This document shows, piece after piece, positions 52,953-61,943 of a DNA stretch of 64,000 bases. This DNA is from an uncultured Desulfatitalea sp. (GTDB taxonomy: Bacteria > Desulfobacterota > Desulfobacteria > Desulfobacterales > Desulfosarcinaceae). Position 1 is the stretch's first letter, and each line of letters starts with the position of its first letter. Location of the stretch: the NCBI GenBank assembly GCA_963668675.2, contig CAXXMB010000002.1, positions 2,880,001 to 2,944,000 of the forward strand, in the 5' to 3' direction. The notes under the pieces were generated by a model. That model saw only the letters and a list, made by a program, of their open reading frames with translations, did not search any database and was not told the DNA's origin. The position numbers were made by a program, and so were the translations under genes.

Positions 52953-55133
52953 ATGAATTTTTATGAAATGCTTGATCAATTGCCAATATGCCCAGGTGAA
53001 GAAATTTTGCCTTTAGGTGTCAAATCCGGAGGTCTCAAATATCAACGCAAAGGACTATCTGAATTTATAGGACCAGATATAGAACAAAGCATCAGTATAG
53101 AGCAACCTATTCACCCTAAAATAATAATTATTTCGGCGGCCGGTGCTGTGGGGAAATCTACAATAGCTAATGAAATCGCATACCGGAAACGATCACCAAT
53201 TTGGGATCTGGCCAAGGCTCCGGCAGTTGGTACTAACTCAGTCACGGGCCAAATTACAAGTGCATTCGGTTTTGAGACTGCATCTACAGTTAGTCAGCAG
53301 TTAATTAATGGTGAGCTTTTTATGATAATCGATGCTCTGGATGAAGCTCGCGTTAAAGCCAACGAGGCAGGTTATGAAGCGTTCATCGTCAATATCGCAG
53401 AAATTACAAAAAATGCGAGCGGAACACCTTTTGTGCTATTAGGTAGGACTCAGACTGCAGAGACAACTTGGCTCCTTCTTGATGATATAGGTATTCCTGC
53501 CTCCCTTCTGGCAATCCAGCCATTCACGCGTAGGCAGGCAGAAGAATATATAGAAGCACGAATAAATCATTTTGATGATTCAGCGAAAAAAAGAATACAA
53601 GACCATCAAGAACCATTCCTTATGGCGAGGAACCATATCCTTAACCTTCTTCAAAAGGCTGTTATTGGGGATGATAAAATACCTGACAACACTGCACGTG
53701 AGTTTCTTGGATATGCACCGGTTCTAGAAACTGTTGCGGTGCTTTTGGCAAAGGAGGGCAACTACCACGATTTCATAGAAAGCCTAAATTCTATGGGTAA
53801 ACAAGAAGATCGTCCGTTAGCAGTACTCGACCATGTTGTTACAAGGCTTTTAGAACGTGAGCAGAAGCAAAAATTACAGATTAACATCAAACCAGCGCTT
53901 GCAGCAGTAGCAGAGGAAGCTGGCTGGGACTCATGGAATGATCTATACTCTCCAGAGGAGCAGAAAGCACGGTTGTTGGGGATTATTCTTAAGCGTCGTG
54001 TAGAAGCATGCCCCAAGATGCCTACATCAGTTCGTGCTCAATATGAAGAACAATTAAAAGTTTGGTTGCCTGAACACCCATTTTTGCGTGAGGGAAGCAT
54101 ACCGGCAAACCTCGTATTCGAATCTTATCTATTTGCTGATGCAATGAGGGAATACCTTACACCTCTGGCGCAGGATGTTGAGGATCATGTAATGACAAGC
54201 GAATACAAACCTTCTCGTTTACTTGCAGATTTTTACATCTTGCTTGGACAAAAGCAGGGGGAAAATCGGGTTGCTCAACGGCAGATTGGAATCTTATATG
54301 ATTCATTGCTTGCGGGTGAAACCGATTCTTTACGAATAAGGTTATCTATTGAGGCAGGTGATCCTGAGGATGATAATGAAGACAATATAGGTGAAGGAGA
54401 ATTCGAACTCGTCTATGCGTTACCAGATTCTGATGGAGAGGAAAATGTTGAAACTCGCATCTTTATAATAGACCAAATAAATCGCCCACTTTCTTTTCGA
54501 AGGCAATTGAAAGATGCAAATATCATTACTCGAGGGATTATTAAACTTGGCGGAGAGGTTGACGATTTCGAGATAGGGCCATCGGTCCAAATTCGATGCA
54601 ATGATTTAGAGATAAACTCAATGGGTTTAATTGTACGCGGTGCTGGATCACGTGAAGTAGCCTCAGAGGCTGTTGTCCTTGACGCTCAGAATTGCAAATC
54701 AAGTGTTTCAAGAAGGCCGATTGTTCGTGGCAATCTTACAATTTGCTGGCCAGGAAGCGATTCCTATCCTTGGAATGAATATTCTGTGGAGTCTATCAAT
54801 TATAATCAAGAAAATCCATATATGGAGGAAACATATAGACGCTTGCGACGCATTGTAACTGCGTTTCAATCTCATAGCAAGGGGTCACTTGCTCGAGTAA
54901 GAGACAAAATCGAACATAGGCGCATTCTAAATAACGAAATGGGGAGTGCCCTATTAGATCAATTGCTAACCGACAACATCCTATATTTAAAAGGTAAGTT
55001 CTATCACTGGAATCCTAAACGTGGAGATGAGGAACTCGGAGCTTCATATGACGATTTTTGTCAACGACGACTGAAGCCTAAAACGAGAAATTATCTTAAT
55101 ATGTTCATCGAAAATAACCAAGATGCTTTTTAA
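52953..55133 (+). CDS. STAND/NACHT-like P-loop NTPase of unknown function
   Basis: Walker A SAAGAVGKST, Walker B MIIDALDE, VLLGR sensor, GYAPVL, HPFL...NLVFESYLFA; GGAGGAG RBS before ATG 52953. Confidence 0.75.
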   Translation: MNFYEMLDQLPICPGEEILPLGVKSGGLKYQRKGLSEFIGPDIEQSISIEQPIHPKIIIISAAGAVGKSTIANEIAYRKRSPIWDLAKAPAVGTNSVTGQITSAFGFETASTVSQQLINGELFMIIDALDEARVKANEAGYEAFIVNIAEITKNASGTPFVLLGRTQTAETTWLLLDDIGIPASLLAIQPFTRRQAEEYIEARINHFDDSAKKRIQDHQEPFLMARNHILNLLQKAVIGDDKIPDNTAREFLGYAPVLETVAVLLAKEGNYHDFIESLNSMGKQEDRPLAVLDHVVTRLLEREQKQKLQINIKPALAAVAEEAGWDSWNDLYSPEEQKARLLGIILKRRVEACPKMPTSVRAQYEEQLKVWLPEHPFLREGSIPANLVFESYLFADAMREYLTPLAQDVEDHVMTSEYKPSRLLADFYILLGQKQGENRVAQRQIGILYDSLLAGETDSLRIRLSIEAGDPEDDNEDNIGEGEFELVYALPDSDGEENVETRIFIIDQINRPLSFRRQLKDANIITRGIIKLGGEVDDFEIGPSVQIRCNDLEINSMGLIVRGAGSREVASEAVVLDAQNCKSSVSRRPIVRGNLTICWPGSDSYPWNEYSVESINYNQENPYMEETYRRLRRIVTAFQSHSKGSLARVRDKIEHRRILNNEMGSALLDQLLTDNILYLKGKFYHWNPKRGDEELGASYDDFCQRRLKPKTRNYLNMFIENNQDAF

Positions 55134-55339
55134 TTCGTATTACTCGATCATATGGACCTCATTGAAGGTTCGTATCTAAAAAAACGCAGGTGCTGCGTAT
55201 TAATAAATTGTTACTTCATGGTCGATTATATGAGACCAGAAGGATGTTTCACATTTCAAAAACGATATGTCGTAATCACAAATCGATATAACAAGTCGCC
55301 CTCCTGGCCCATCTTGTTCACACACCAGCGAACTTCCCT

Positions 55340-55570
55340 TTATCCCCCGCCATCGTCACCATCATCCGATTCCACATTCTCATCATCAGAAGGCAGCATA
55401 TCCCATGGCAGTTCAGCCGTGTACCATGTCAAACCACAACCACCTTCCTCAACCATATGAATGATTCTTCTTTGTTTTACCACGATGCCATTCCAAGGCA
55501 CCTGGATATAGTGAGGCATAGTTCGAGTGTGACCGATTTTATTACAATGCGGGCAATATTTCAGTGTCAT
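55340..55570 (-). CDS. Small zinc-ribbon protein (NrdR-N/Ogr-like) with acidic tail
   Basis: GGAGG RBS; MTLKYCPHC...RRIIH....GCGLTWYTAE. Confidence 0.6.
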   Translation of the reverse strand: MTLKYCPHCNKIGHTRTMPHYIQVPWNGIVVKQRRIIHMVEEGGCGLTWYTAELPWDMLPSDDENVESDDGDDGGG

Positions 55571-56618
55571 TGTTTTCTCCTCCATTAGTTGTAAGATTTG
55601 GGCGATTATGGTGTTCACCCAGCTTGAAATTTTCTGCGTTTCCGGTTTGAAAAATCTGACCAGCTGTTTCCTCAATAAGCCAGCGAAGGTCCCATGCATC
55701 ATCAAATATCGATCTCGCAAACTTTAACATTTCAGCAGGCGATGCGCTTACTAACCAGGTCAATGGTTTCGTAGAATACTGGATATGTAATCTTGGCAGT
55801 CGACCAGGGATATTCTCAAATTTTATTGCTGGTTCCCAAAATCTCGTTTTAAGCTTTGGCATCACAAGATCCAAGATTCGTTTCAAATACTCATCTCTAT
55901 CATCTTCTTGTTTAACCACGAATCGAACACCGTCGTTGTCCCAATACAGTTGTATTTCTCCAAGAAAGCAGCAGTCGATATAGATAACGTGCCCCCAGTC
56001 GTTAGTATCCATCACCCCATCGTCGAATGATTTCCAGGGCTCATAAAACGCTTCATTGAATGAATCAAAATAAACGTTCCAGAATGTATGAGCCAAAAAA
56101 CGCTCTTTGGATGGCAATTGACTCAGTGGCAGTTTTCCATCATCAGATGCATCCATGGGTTCAAGATATTCCGGCAAACCGAATGTGAGTTTCTTTTCAG
56201 CGATTTGGAAGAGACTGAATCTTAATGGATATCGTCGAAGATATTGTACCAAAGAAGCGACTACAAACTCGTTTGCTGCAGGGTTATGAGGATCGTCGTT
56301 ATTCGTGCCAGGTGAATATAGTATTATCCTTCTATCACAATCTTCCCCAATCCCAAACGTAGCATCAATGATCTGATCAACAGCAGGTTCGCCAATCTTG
56401 ACATCAATCAGCACTCTTATTGGTTCGGTATCGTTATTCTCTTTAACCTCTAATATGATTCCTTTACGGTTGCCTTTTCGATGGTACTTTTCTAAACGGT
56501 TAACTTCTGTGACTTTTGTAATTCCGCTCTTTTTCAGCAGATCGTTTAAGGATTGCTCTTCAGAAATGAAGTCTATAATATGATTAACGTTTTCATTTTG
56601 GTTTTTGAAATTATGCAT
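55542..56618 (-). CDS. Hypothetical protein, possible degenerate PD-(D/E)XK fold at the N-terminus
   Basis: 358-aa ORF coupled to both neighbours; RVLIDVKIG...DQI motif. Confidence 0.6.
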   Translation of the reverse strand: MHNFKNQNENVNHIIDFISEEQSLNDLLKKSGITKVTEVNRLEKYHRKGNRKGIILEVKENNDTEPIRVLIDVKIGEPAVDQIIDATFGIGEDCDRRIILYSPGTNNDDPHNPAANEFVVASLVQYLRRYPLRFSLFQIAEKKLTFGLPEYLEPMDASDDGKLPLSQLPSKERFLAHTFWNVYFDSFNEAFYEPWKSFDDGVMDTNDWGHVIYIDCCFLGEIQLYWDNDGVRFVVKQEDDRDEYLKRILDLVMPKLKTRFWEPAIKFENIPGRLPRLHIQYSTKPLTWLVSASPAEMLKFARSIFDDAWDLRWLIEETAGQIFQTGNAENFKLGEHHNRPNLTTNGGENNDTEILPAL

Positions 56619-56775
56619 TTGGGTCTTCCTCCTTTTGGTCGATTTCTTTTTGAAGCAGGTCGCGAATATACGCGGATACCGTCATTTCTATTTTGTCGGT
56701 AATGTTGACCAGTCGCTGATAGCAATCTTCTGTGATCATCACACCGACATTTCGAGTATAGATTTTCTTTCTCAT
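56611..56775 (-). CDS. Ribbon-helix-helix (CopG-like) protein (54 aa)
   Basis: AGGAGG RBS; MRKKIYTRNVGVMITEDCYQRLVNITDKIEMTVSAYIRDLLQKEIDQKEEDPNA*; similar to 61612-61779. Confidence 0.75.
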   Translation of the reverse strand: MRKKIYTRNVGVMITEDCYQRLVNITDKIEMTVSAYIRDLLQKEIDQKEEDPNA

Positions 56776-56913
56776 GATGATTTCCTCCTATGAATTGAAT
56801 TTGAATTTGATTTGTATTTTGTTCTTATAAAATTTCGATGTTAGCTGCTGGATTGATTCTATAGAGTAGACTTGCAGACGGGGGAAATGCTAAAGTGCCT
56901 TCCAATTGAAAAA

Positions 56914-56950
56914 TTAGTACTGCTCGGAAGCGGGGTTTTAAATCAGAAAT
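56914..56950. repeat. Imperfect direct repeat, copy B
   Basis: TTAGTACTGCTCGGAAGCGGGGTTTTAAATCAGAAAT; matches 41600-41635. Confidence 0.75.
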
Positions 56951-57341
56951 GGGGTGCGGTGTTTTTGATGAAAGCGGATCTGCAGAATCTTGGTTTGATC
57001 GTTGTGAAAAGATTGGAAAATTACAACGTTGGAAAAAACAAATACTTATAGTTATGATTTAGGCTAAGGTATGTGTTTAGGGTTCCGGTTCACCTGAAAA
57101 AAGTGTTTATGAAATAGGTTACCGCAATCTTTGGCACTTTCTCTGGGCGAAAATTAATGCCAAGAATCTCCCTTAGACGAATCAGAAGATTTGTTCCATC
57201 TATGAAAATCATTACTCTCCTAAAAAGTGGGATAGGAGATACTGCTGGAGGTTCCATTTTGTCACCGCGATTTTGTCTATTTTACAAGGTATTGTTTATT
57301 AGTGAGGGCGGCCTATTTGGCAATAATTCTTGTGCAGTCGA

Positions 57342-58019
57342 TCATCGAGTTTCAATCTCATTCATCCTTTTGATAAACAGAGAACACATTCGCAACTGTT
57401 CCTCTGGATCATATTCATACAAATCGTTTGCTATTTTTCTGAACCTCTCTGGTAGTTGCTCCTTTGTTTCGGTAATTACGTTGAAATAAATCCAGAGAAT
57501 TGTACCCTCTGCTCCGAGATCATCCTTAACGAGATCGGTGTAGGATGAAAGGGCAAGTGTTAGAAGATGCAAATTGTCTATTTCTTGAAGTGAAATATGA
57601 CCTTTCGCATCACGGTCAGCGTGTTTGAGAAAATTTGAAATCTTATTCCTCTTGTTCCACCATTTCCTTGCTGTATCTTCTGAAACAGAAACTCGGATGT
57701 CTTCGTATTTCGTCGACGCAGTAATAGGAAATTGCTCCGCCATCTCCTGAATCCATTGCATGGCCTTTATATCTTCGGTAAACTGCCTTGGAAGTGTACC
57801 GCGCCGATAATCTCGAACAACATAAAAAATCATGGTGAGATAATAGTCTCCAACCTCATCGCGGCCCCGCTTCATTTTTATGTCTGAGATTATTCTATAA
57901 GCGGCTGAAGCAACTGTGTGAATAGCAAGCTCGTCCTCACATAAAAAAAACATACGGATTGCAGCACGTAACTGGCGCCGCGCAGCGACCAGTTTAGGTA
58001 TATGAAGTTGCGCGCTCAT
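57342..58019 (-). CDS. Hypothetical helical protein, possibly HEPN-like
   Basis: KLVAARRQLRAAIRMFF..ED.LAIHTVASAA...RNKISNFLKHADRD. Confidence 0.6.
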   Translation of the reverse strand: MSAQLHIPKLVAARRQLRAAIRMFFLCEDELAIHTVASAAYRIISDIKMKRGRDEVGDYYLTMIFYVVRDYRRGTLPRQFTEDIKAMQWIQEMAEQFPITASTKYEDIRVSVSEDTARKWWNKRNKISNFLKHADRDAKGHISLQEIDNLHLLTLALSSYTDLVKDDLGAEGTILWIYFNVITETKEQLPERFRKIANDLYEYDPEEQLRMCSLFIKRMNEIETR

Positions 58020-58493
58020 AATTCCCTCGATAAAGACCAATCCTGACAATCAAATGAGGTTTATCTCCATCTTTCATAATGGTATGTTACATGAACATTT
58101 TGATGAGAATTTAAATTAAAATAATGATAAGCCGATTTCATTCAATCATCGTATCTTGAACCATTCTTTGTCATTTAATTATGATCTTCGATACGTTTAG
58201 AATATCCAAAAATTTTCATGGCTGTCAAACTTTATGATGACATATCAAATCTACATTTAACAAAAAAGCACCACCATGATGGGGAACTACTACAACCATT
58301 TTTTTATTTTTTTTAGATACCTGCTTTTTGCTTATAGACTATCTCCTCATCTTGTCCATAATCTGTTAGCAATCAGGATAGTCGACTACACTTACACTTG
58401 CTATTATTCTCATCCTCACCCTACTTCCTCAAAAAAATAAAAATAAATGGTTCTCCCTGGCAAAGAATCCCGACAGGGATGCTTTGACGTCCT

Positions 58494-58634
58494 TAATATA
58501 TCATATAATATCATCAGATCTCGCAAATTTCTCAAAAATATCACTAATTCAATTAATTATAAATCTCGACTCTTTACCGACCCTACCACATCCTTTACTG
58601 ACCCTGCTACATCCTTTACCGACCCTGCCATGTC
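58494..58634. repeat. Putative replication origin: three 21-bp iterons (58572-58634) plus AT-rich tract
   Basis: CTTTACCGACCCTACCACATC / CTTTACTGACCCTGCTACATC / CTTTACCGACCCTGCCATGTC in tandem, 4 bp from the rep-like stop codon; AT-rich 58494-58565. Confidence 0.8.
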
Positions 58635-58638
58635 CCTC

Positions 58639-59790
58639 TTACGAGTTACTATTTTCATCAGGTGCAGATCTTCTAATCATATATTTCCGGGACTTGGGAT
58701 CATCACCAATCTTATCGAATGTATCGATATATCCGAAATCGACCAGTGGCTGAAGTATGTTGGTTTCAACTGTGTTCGCGAGATTCCACAAGTTGCTGTC
58801 GGTAAGTCCTGCGTATTCAGCGATGGTGGATAGATTGAATTCGATCTTTTTAAAGTTATTGTGGATCAGCGCTCTTCGATAGAAATACTGTGCCGAGTCG
58901 GTCAACTGGTAGAATCGAATATCGATGGGATCATTGTATTTGGCCAGCAGGTTGTTGACGAACATCTCTCCCAGAAGCGTATTGAATACGATTGTGTAGC
59001 GCCTGGACAAGACGACATCATTTCTTTTGACCGATATATCCTCATGGGCGAACTCGAAGAACCGGCTGTAATAGTTCATTCGATGTGTGTTTTCCTTGGC
59101 ACCCGTGGATTTCAATCGAACCGGAAACGTAAGCTTAAACTCTACCCGGGACGTTTCCAATAGCAGAGTTTTGATCTCCGTAGAATTCAGGTCCATACCA
59201 GTGAATTTCTTGAAATCATGATCTGTAAATCGGATGTAGTGTCGTTTTGTGCCTGAAGAGATCATACTGCCGGATCCCCCGTTTAGTTGGTTTTCCAGTT
59301 GCTCTATCTCAAATAGATCATTGAAAAGTGGCTCTGAATTCACCGGCAAGCAATCGCCCCCTTCCTTCAATAAAAACATATATCCGATGGCATCCATCAC
59401 CATTTGATTTCTTGTATTCCAATACCCTTTACTGATGCTGCAAGTGTTTCCCCACTTGTCCCTCCATTCAACGGGCCACGTTTTCACCTTCCCCTTTATT
59501 ATGGGTGGGATGACTTTGTTGGTGCCCCGTTCAGATCGATTCGACCAGAGCTTCTCTTTTGATACGTTTTCAAGGTCGGCAGATTTTGACAGCTTGGCAA
59601 TGACCTGGGACATGGCATTGACCAATATGGTGTATGCTTTGTCATGCCCCAGATCATCTTTCAGACCTTGCAGCTGTTCAAAATTTTCTATGAGTGTATT
59701 TAATTCGGCGTGTCGGTATTTCGGCGAAGGGATCGAATCATAATATTGCTGTATCTTACGTAACGTTGCTTGTGCTTGGTCTGTGCTCAT
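58639..59790 (-). CDS. Putative replication initiator (Rep-like, C-terminal winged helix)
   Basis: Lies between the primase-helicase and the iterons; C-terminal LSTIAEYAGL...ILQPLVDFGYI wHTH-like pattern. The call is mainly contextual. Confidence 0.6.
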   Translation of the reverse strand: MSTDQAQATLRKIQQYYDSIPSPKYRHAELNTLIENFEQLQGLKDDLGHDKAYTILVNAMSQVIAKLSKSADLENVSKEKLWSNRSERGTNKVIPPIIKGKVKTWPVEWRDKWGNTCSISKGYWNTRNQMVMDAIGYMFLLKEGGDCLPVNSEPLFNDLFEIEQLENQLNGGSGSMISSGTKRHYIRFTDHDFKKFTGMDLNSTEIKTLLLETSRVEFKLTFPVRLKSTGAKENTHRMNYYSRFFEFAHEDISVKRNDVVLSRRYTIVFNTLLGEMFVNNLLAKYNDPIDIRFYQLTDSAQYFYRRALIHNNFKKIEFNLSTIAEYAGLTDSNLWNLANTVETNILQPLVDFGYIDTFDKIGDDPKSRKYMIRRSAPDENSNS

Positions 59791-59803
59791 TCATAGATCC
59801 CCC

Positions 59804-61612
59804 TTATGCGTATTTTGATTTCTTTGGTAGCGACGTGACGGTATCTGCCTTGGTTGCTTCAATCCGGTCCCTGACGGTCATTTTCAATTTGTCCAGCTTG
59901 AGCGGTATCCTTCCAGTCATCCCTGTGCCTCGCTTTGCTTTGAACACGATGAGATCGATATTGCCGTCATGGTTGATGATGCGTTCCCAGTCGCTTTTAA
60001 GAGTGTATCCGTCATCTTCTACGGCGGCCAGGATACCCAGCCACGATGCTTCATACTCGATGTTCCCCGATTCTTTAAATGACGTCATTCCTAATCGCTG
60101 CCCAGATTTGTATGATTCCCGGGATAGCTCCGAGATGACCAACACGGGCAGGTTGTACGTTTTTGCCAATTCGGTTAAAGACCCCAGTATTTCATCCACA
60201 CGCAGACGCTCGTCCAAACGATTGCTTTCGGTTTTGACCTTGCGCAGATAATCGACCATGATAACCGGGGCCTTGTTGTGGCGAGCAGATATCTTATCGA
60301 CCAGCTGGGCCCAATCGTCGAGTTTGATCGAATTCTGGACCACGTATTTCGATTTGCTGATGAGAGATACCTGATCGTTACGAAATATCGCCTTTAGATC
60401 GGAATCGGAGACCCTGTTGTTGTTAAAGTCTTCGATATCAAATCCCGAAAACCTCGAAAACGTTCGATAGCGAAGCTCGGCAGCACCATCGTCGTAGCTG
60501 AAAAACAAAACAGGATGACCATTCAGACAGATGTTGTCCGCCATATTATTAATCAGTCCAGTCTTGCACGATGACGGAATCCCTCCGATCACATAAGCTC
60601 TTCCTCCGATCAATCCGCCGTTCATTTTCGATTCCATCACCGAGAGCAAATTACCCGCAAAGGAGACCTTGACATAATCCTGGTTGTATTCTGCGCAGAT
60701 TTTGCTTTCCGTATCGAGAAACTCGGTTACATCAATCTCTTTTTTCTCATCCTTACTGCTTTTGTTTTTCTGATGCGTGTCTCTGATCGATTCAAAAGTA
60801 CGTTTCAACTCAGAGTGATCAATTGGTGGTTTGTTTTTGGATGCGTTCCACTGTGTGATCATTTCCCAGACCATCTCCGGATCATTGCCTTTCCCAAGCA
60901 AGTGGCCGATGAGTTTCGTGGCTGAATGGTTTCTATTACCCTGTTGAGCACCTTTTTTCAGGATATCCGCATATTGATTATCGGTAACCGGTTTACTCGC
61001 TGTGCTATGGTTGTCAGAAGGTTTGGGTGTCGTTTTCTTCACAGGCTTTGCGGAACAAATGTTGACTTCCTTTAAATAATCGATCATCCATGGCTTACAA
61101 TCAGCGGGATCTATCTCGAATATTGAATATCCTTCTTCCCACTCATATTGCCTGCCGGATCCGTGAAAAGATGGTGGAGCAACCACGTATCCACCGTCTG
61201 CCCGTATATCCAAGTCAAGTTCCTTGCGAACATCGTTTCGGATTTCAAAGCCGGGATGTTTCGCATAGACATGGTATCCCTTTCCAGTTTTGACTTTGGC
61301 CGTTTCAGGGAACCCGCCTTCATTTTCGGCATATTCAACGGCATGATCCGAGTCCAGATCGAAAACGACGATCCCAGACACCTTGCCGGTGACGATCCCT
61401 ATATTGGCATCAGGCCATTTTTCAAACCATGCAGAGACCTCCTCTTCTGTTGGAAGGCGCATTTGGTATTCTTTCCACGGCATCGGTGGTGTTTTACATC
61501 GACGGATGAATTCTTTCTCTGATAATTTTTTTGATGCCATCGATGGACTGATAAGCGGTATTACTGAGAGTCCTTTGCTCAAATATTGCAGTGCGATTTC
61601 TTTGGTAGTCAT
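59804..61612 (-). CDS. Bifunctional primase-polymerase (Prim-Pol + PriCT) fused to a DnaB-like helicase
   Basis: NIGIVTG..SGIVVFDLD, TGKGYHVY, DIRADGGYVVAPPSFHGSG, GNRN, GGIPSSCKT, MVDYL, ISELSR, KESGNIEY, KAKRG. Confidence 0.88.
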   Translation of the reverse strand: MTTKEIALQYLSKGLSVIPLISPSMASKKLSEKEFIRRCKTPPMPWKEYQMRLPTEEEVSAWFEKWPDANIGIVTGKVSGIVVFDLDSDHAVEYAENEGGFPETAKVKTGKGYHVYAKHPGFEIRNDVRKELDLDIRADGGYVVAPPSFHGSGRQYEWEEGYSIFEIDPADCKPWMIDYLKEVNICSAKPVKKTTPKPSDNHSTASKPVTDNQYADILKKGAQQGNRNHSATKLIGHLLGKGNDPEMVWEMITQWNASKNKPPIDHSELKRTFESIRDTHQKNKSSKDEKKEIDVTEFLDTESKICAEYNQDYVKVSFAGNLLSVMESKMNGGLIGGRAYVIGGIPSSCKTGLINNMADNICLNGHPVLFFSYDDGAAELRYRTFSRFSGFDIEDFNNNRVSDSDLKAIFRNDQVSLISKSKYVVQNSIKLDDWAQLVDKISARHNKAPVIMVDYLRKVKTESNRLDERLRVDEILGSLTELAKTYNLPVLVISELSRESYKSGQRLGMTSFKESGNIEYEASWLGILAAVEDDGYTLKSDWERIINHDGNIDLIVFKAKRGTGMTGRIPLKLDKLKMTVRDRIEATKADTVTSLPKKSKYA

Positions 61613-61779
61613 TACATTGTATCCTCCTCTCGTTTAATATTGTTCAACGCCGCTGATACAGCTCTCCTGACCCATTCAGCCATACTGATCTGTTCTTCGT
61701 CTGTAATCCGTCTAATCTTGTCGAAATGTTCCTGTGGCAATGCCACGCTTAATGATTTTGAATACTGACTTGTTCTCAT
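61612..61779 (-). CDS. Ribbon-helix-helix (CopG-like) regulator
   Basis: AGGAGG RBS; MRTSQYSKSLSVALPQEHFDKIRRITDEEQISMAEWVRRAV; TAATG coupling to the primase gene. Confidence 0.75.
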   Translation of the reverse strand: MRTSQYSKSLSVALPQEHFDKIRRITDEEQISMAEWVRRAVSAALNNIKREEDTM

Positions 61780-61883
61780 AATGCTTTCCTCCTTTTGAAA
61801 TGATTTATGATGCAATGATGATTGCCCTATCATTTATTTGTTCTGTGACTTGGCACCCGAAACCTGTAAGTTGAGAATTCAAC

Positions 61884-61920
61884 AAAAAAAGGACAATCCC
61901 CAAATGGAGATTGCCCTTTT
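61884..61920 (-). terminator. Intrinsic terminator after the radical SAM gene
   Basis: Minus strand AAAAGGGCAATCTCC-ATTT-GGGGATTGTCC-TTTTTTT. Confidence 0.75.
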
Positions 61921-61943
61921 ATTACTTCTTGATCGGCGATTTA

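Noticed and set aside
58572..58634. 21-bp repeats as a mini CRISPR array or coding repeat (ORF 58447-58833)
   Set aside because: The repeats are contiguous with no spacers, and the ORF is antisense to the rep-like gene. Iterons fit better.
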